From the NCBI RefSeq assembly GCF_009914755.1, contig NC_060941.1: a stretch of 64,000 bases of DNA; one strand, given 5' to 3'. Each line of letters begins with the position of its first letter. Positions within the stretch are counted from its first letter, which is position 1. Made by a program: the position numbers and the translations under genes. Of the stretch, positions 55,280-64,000 are shown one piece after another. The notes beneath the pieces were generated by a model, which worked only from the letters and a program-made list of their open reading frames with translations, made no database searches and was not told the DNA's origin. This DNA is from the human T2T-CHM13v2.0 reference genome, Homo sapiens.

Positions 55280-55789
<510 letters not shown>

Positions 55790-56073
55790 TAGTCTTCATT
55801 ACTTCTTGAAGCATGGTTTCCTTAGTTATTTGAACATATTTATAATAAGTGCTTTGAAATCTTTTCCATTAAATCAAATGTCTGGGCTCTCTCACAGGCA
55901 GTTTTTGTTGCCTACTTTTTTGCTCCTGTGTATATGTCACGCTTTCTTTTTTCTTTGCAAATCTTAATAATTTTTTTGGCCTAAAACTGGATATGTAAAA
56001 TAATATATTAGGCTGGGCATGGTGGCTCACACCTGTAATCCCAGCACTTTGGGAGGCCACGGTGGACAGATCA

Positions 56074-56283
<210 letters not shown>

Positions 56284-56819
56284 TCATCTCAAAATAATGA
56301 TAATAATATATTAGCAACTCTAATTCCTCTTTCCTCTCTGTAGGGCTTGTTTCTGTTGTTTTTTGCTTGTTTGCTTAGTGACTTGACTAGATTATTTTAG
56401 TGAAGTCTATTTCCCCCATATTGTGAAGTCTTTGGTGTCATTCTTCAGAAGATGTAGCCTTGAGTGTACCTGTAGTCACAGTAAGATAATAGTGGTTTTA
56501 GCAGGGCTCTCTTTGTCTCTTTCCCCACACCCAGCTGTTAAGCTCCACTAACTGCAAGCTGATTGCTCTATTATTTTTGACAATGTCCTGAGGCATAAAT
56601 TCCTCCACAGTCTGATTCAATTAATTTCTGGCAGGGATGGTTTTTGAGGCAAGTCTTTGAGTTTTGTTCTGACCTCAAGAGTGCTCTTCTTAGGATCTTT
56701 CCCCTATTTTATATCTTTAAATATAAAAGGCACTGGCTTTTAATATTTAACTTAACCACTCAATCAGTTAAGTTCCCTCTGGTGATCTAGCTGGCTTATG
56801 GCTTAACTTGTTGCTCTTA

Positions 56820-57473
<654 letters not shown>

Positions 57474-57601
57474 TCAGGAGACTGAGGCAGGAAGATTGCT
57501 TGAGCCAAGGAGGTCAAGGCTGCAGTGAGCCATGTTTCCATTGCTGCACTCCAGCCTGGGTTTCAGAGTGAGACCCTGTCTCTCTTTTTTTTTTTTTTTG
57601 A

Positions 57602-57760
<159 letters not shown>

Positions 57761-58386
57761 TAATAGAGGCAGGGTTTCTCCATGTTGGTCAGGCTGGTCT
57801 TAAACTCCTGACCTCAGGTGATCTACCCGCCTCAGCTTCCCAAAGTGCTGGGATTACAGGTGTGAGCCACCGCGCCCGGTGAGACCCTATCTCAATTTTA
57901 AAAAAGCAAAGAAAAAGAAAAAAAATTTTTGACTCCCCAAAAACTTAACTACTAATAGCTTCCTATTGACTGGAAGCCTTACGAATTACATAGTAGAAGA
58001 CTAACATGTATTTTTTATGTTTTATATATATACTATATTGTTAAAATTAAGTAAGCTAGAGAAAAGAAAATGCTATTAAGAAAATCATGGGGTAGGCATG
58101 GTAGTTCATGCCTGTAATCCCAACACTTTGGGAGGTCAAGGTTGGAGGATCGCTCAAGCCCAGGAGTTAGAGACCAGCCTAGGCAACATAGCAAGACCCC
58201 ATCTCTATAAATAATTTAAAAATTTGCCAGGCATGGTGTCATGCGCCTGTAGTCCCAGCTACTCTGAAGGCTGAAGCAGGAGGACCACTTGAGTCCAGGA
58301 GTTCAAGGCTGCAGTAGGATATGTTGGTGCCACCAAGCTCCAGCCTGTGTGACAGATAAAATCATAAGGGCTGGGCGTGGTGGTAC

Positions 58387-59353
<967 letters not shown>

Positions 59354-59548
59354 GTACATGTTTATAATCCCAGCTATTCAAGAGGCTAAGGCAGGAGGAT
59401 TGTTTGAGCCCAGAAGTTTGACACCAGCTTTGGTAACATAGTGAGACCCTGTCTCTTAAACAAACATAAACATAGATACGTGTGTGTGCGTGTGTGTGTG
59501 CAGGTGTGTGTGTGTGTGTGCGTATAATTAAAAAGATAAAAATATAAA

Positions 59549-60406
59549 AGAGACAGGAATAATACAAGGTGGTCACAGGAGAATAAAAATTTCAGGCAGG
59601 CTGGGCATGGTGGCTGACACCTGTAATCCCAGCACTTTGGGAGTCCAAGGCAGACGGATCACAGGGTCAGGGGTTCAAGACCAGCCTGGCCAAGATGGTG
59701 AAACCCTGTCTCTACTAAAAAAAAAAATACAAAAATACAAAAATTAGCCGGGTGTGGTGGTGGAAGCCTGTAATCCCAGCTACTCGGGAGGCTGAGGCAG
59801 GGAATTGCTTGAACCTGGGAGGCAGAGGTTGCAGTGAGCCAAGATTGCGCCACTGCACTCCAGCCTGAGTGACAGAGGGAGACTCTGTCTCAAAAAAAAA
59901 AAAAAAAAAAATTCCAGGCAGTATTTTCACATGACTAGGGGCTGTGGGCTGATAAGACCCTAAAAAACAGGGTGTGGGCCAAACTGGCTAAGACAGACTG
60001 GGCCCAACATGGTGCTGGGTTCAACCTAGGTTTCACCTAGGACCTCATTACATGCTCATTAACATGCTAAACACACACCCACCAGCGCTGGGACAGTTCT
60101 GAGAACACCCGTATTTCGTATACAAATGTGTAGCGCCACATTTCTGAGAAATCTCCACCTTTTTTTGAAATTTTCATGAATATTGCACCCCTTGGTTAAA
60201 GAAATCCGTAAAGGTAGCAGTCCCCAACTTGGTTACTCAAGACTCCGTGTGAATACGCCTGTATTCCCCTTGCTTGAGCAGGTACATCTCCTTAGTTTCA
60301 CTATTTTCTGACTCATCCTAGAATTCAACGATGTCAAGAGCCTGGACACTGGCTGGGGTCAAGGTCCCACCGCCATCTGGCGATCTCCTCCAGCCCACTG
60401 GTATCA
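59549..60406 (+). mobile_element. Solo ERV1 LTR (MER66/MER73-like) with internal Alu
   Basis: gagacaggaataatacaaggtggtcacaggagaat..ggtatca; Alu TSD aaatt(t/c)caggcag. Confidence 0.6.
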
Positions 60407-60631
60407 TAAGAAAGTGAAAATATATTTACTATTCACCAAGCGCAAGTGGATCATCACAAAGATCTTCATCCATATCTTCACATTGAGTAGGCTGAGGAGG
60501 AAGAGGAGGAAGAAGAGGGGTTGATCTTGCTGTCTTAGGGTGGCAGAGGCAGAAGAAAATCCACATATAGCTGGGCACAGTGGCTCACGCCTGTAATCTC
60601 AGCACTTTGGGAAGCCAAGGTGGGCAGATCA

Positions 60632-60922
<291 letters not shown>

Positions 60923-61339
60923 CTACCAGCCTTCTCTTATTTGTTTATCACCAAAATCTCCATTATTTTAGCGTGCGTCCATAGACTTGATCTTCCCTCC
61001 ACTCTATTTCAAATAAAGTCAGTTTGTTTGTAGACACTGTCAGATCTTCACGTTCTTATGCACTGCCTCTCCCCCTAGGCAAAATTTCTGAGCCACTACT
61101 CTGGATGTTGGGCAGGGGTGGTAGCCATGATCTTCTCAGCTTGCCTTTCCTTGGCATAGAGCCTCTGCCCAATGAGTGAGCTGGGGTGAGGACAATCAGG
61201 GTTCCAGTATTCTTGGCCCACCATAGGTGGGGTGAAGCCTCTGTCCACTGTATTCCCTGATTGGGAGTTGAGGGGAGAGGCAGCCCTATCTTTTTGCTCA
61301 CACCTGGGCAGACTGGAACTTCCATCAGACAGAGCTTAG

Positions 61340-63153
<1,814 letters not shown>

Positions 63154-63155
63154 TT

Positions 63156-63253
63156 AAGGCTGGTCAGTGAAGCAGTGGGAGTGGAGAAGGTACAAAGAAA
63201 TCTGTAACCGGTTGTGATCAATTAGTTGTAAACACCAATGCACTCAGACCAGC
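63156..63253 (-). pseudogene. Y3 RNA (RNY3-derived) retropseudogene with A-tail at 63141-63155
   Basis: Reverse complement GCTGGTCTGAGTGCATTGGTGTTTACAACTAATTGATCACAACCGGTTACAGATTTCTTTGTACCTTCTCCACTCCCACTGCTTCACTGACCAGCCTT matches hY3 with a few changes. Confidence 0.92.
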
Positions 63254-63722
63254 ATATGGTGCTTTGACACACAGAACTCAAGGAGCCGCAAGATCTCTCT
63301 GACCTTGCCTGCTCACCACCATCTCTCCCAAAGTGAAGTTCCTTTATCGGCCTAAAATCCAGACCCACCAGAAGTAACAATTGTTTTTTTCTTCTCTTCT
63401 CTGTAAACCAAGAATGTAACCTCACCTGAAAAAACTCTTTCACAAAATAATGTACAAGTTCATCTCCGTTCCCCGATCCATTCATTCTTCCTAGTAGTCC
63501 CCTCAACAGAACTCCTCTTCTCCCTCCTCCCATAACCTGTTTTGCCAGTAGGGTATGTAAGCTTCACAACCACACTGGGAGGTGGGCAATCATTCTGTGG
63601 TTCTCCCCCAAGTACACTTTAATAACATTTATACGCCTTTTCTCCAATTAATCTACCTTTTGTGAGTTGATTTTTCAGCAAACCTTCAGAGGGCGAAGGG
63701 GAAGTTTCCCTTGGTCCCTACA
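63254..63722 (+). mobile_element. MER39/MER34-like ERV1 LTR
   Basis: Ends ttttcagcaaaccttcagagggcgaaggggaagtttcccttggtccctaca. Confidence 0.65.
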
Positions 63723-64000
63723 AGTCGTATGCATGTTTGCAGGCGGGTAGAGGCTTCCACCTTCTGCAGGGGCCCCAAAGCCGGAACTGTACATTCCCAG
63801 CATCCCTTGCAGCTGATCGGGAACCTGTGACCAAGGATAAGCTGGGGAACCAACTCCCCTCAGACTTTGGTTTGAAGGCAAGTGAGGCCAACAAGGAAAT
63901 AACAAGATCCTCAATCCTGGGGTGGCAGCGGACTCCAGCATCCAGGGCCAGTGGTGCTGGCCGTGCTGGCATGAGTGTTTGTCCTGCAGGGCCTGAGGAG

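Overview
Human (primate) genomic DNA, recognisable as the 17p13.1 ZBTB4/SLC35G6/POLR2A locus. It contains the complete 29-exon POLR2A (RPB1) gene on +. I assembled the CDS from splice sites (10812..40241): exons sum to 5913 nt = 1970 aa, with the NADFDGD active-site motif and 52 CTD heptads. Upstream are two CpG islands, the probable non-coding first exons of the divergent ZBTB4 gene (identity from locus knowledge; its CDS is outside the window), and the two-exon SLC35G6 gene, whose first exon codes only the ATG. From about 41 kb on, the window is almost all nested repeats: Alu, L1, MLT2, an ERV1 provirus remnant, solo LTRs, a Tigger2-type element and a Y3 RNA pseudogene. I find no wholly new biological system. 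The best lead is a possible coupled splicing module at POLR2A exons 8-11: a non-canonical GC donor just upstream of the inverted-Alu-flanked, 336-nt, frame-preserving, stop-free exon 9-10 circle that encodes the catalytic motif. Other leads are a candidate poison exon in intron 1, a poly-Ala uORF in a ZBTB4 first exon, a 427-codon overlapping ORF over the CTD, and a 43-bp inverted templated copy of a nearby LTR. Repeat subfamily names are from memory and approximate.
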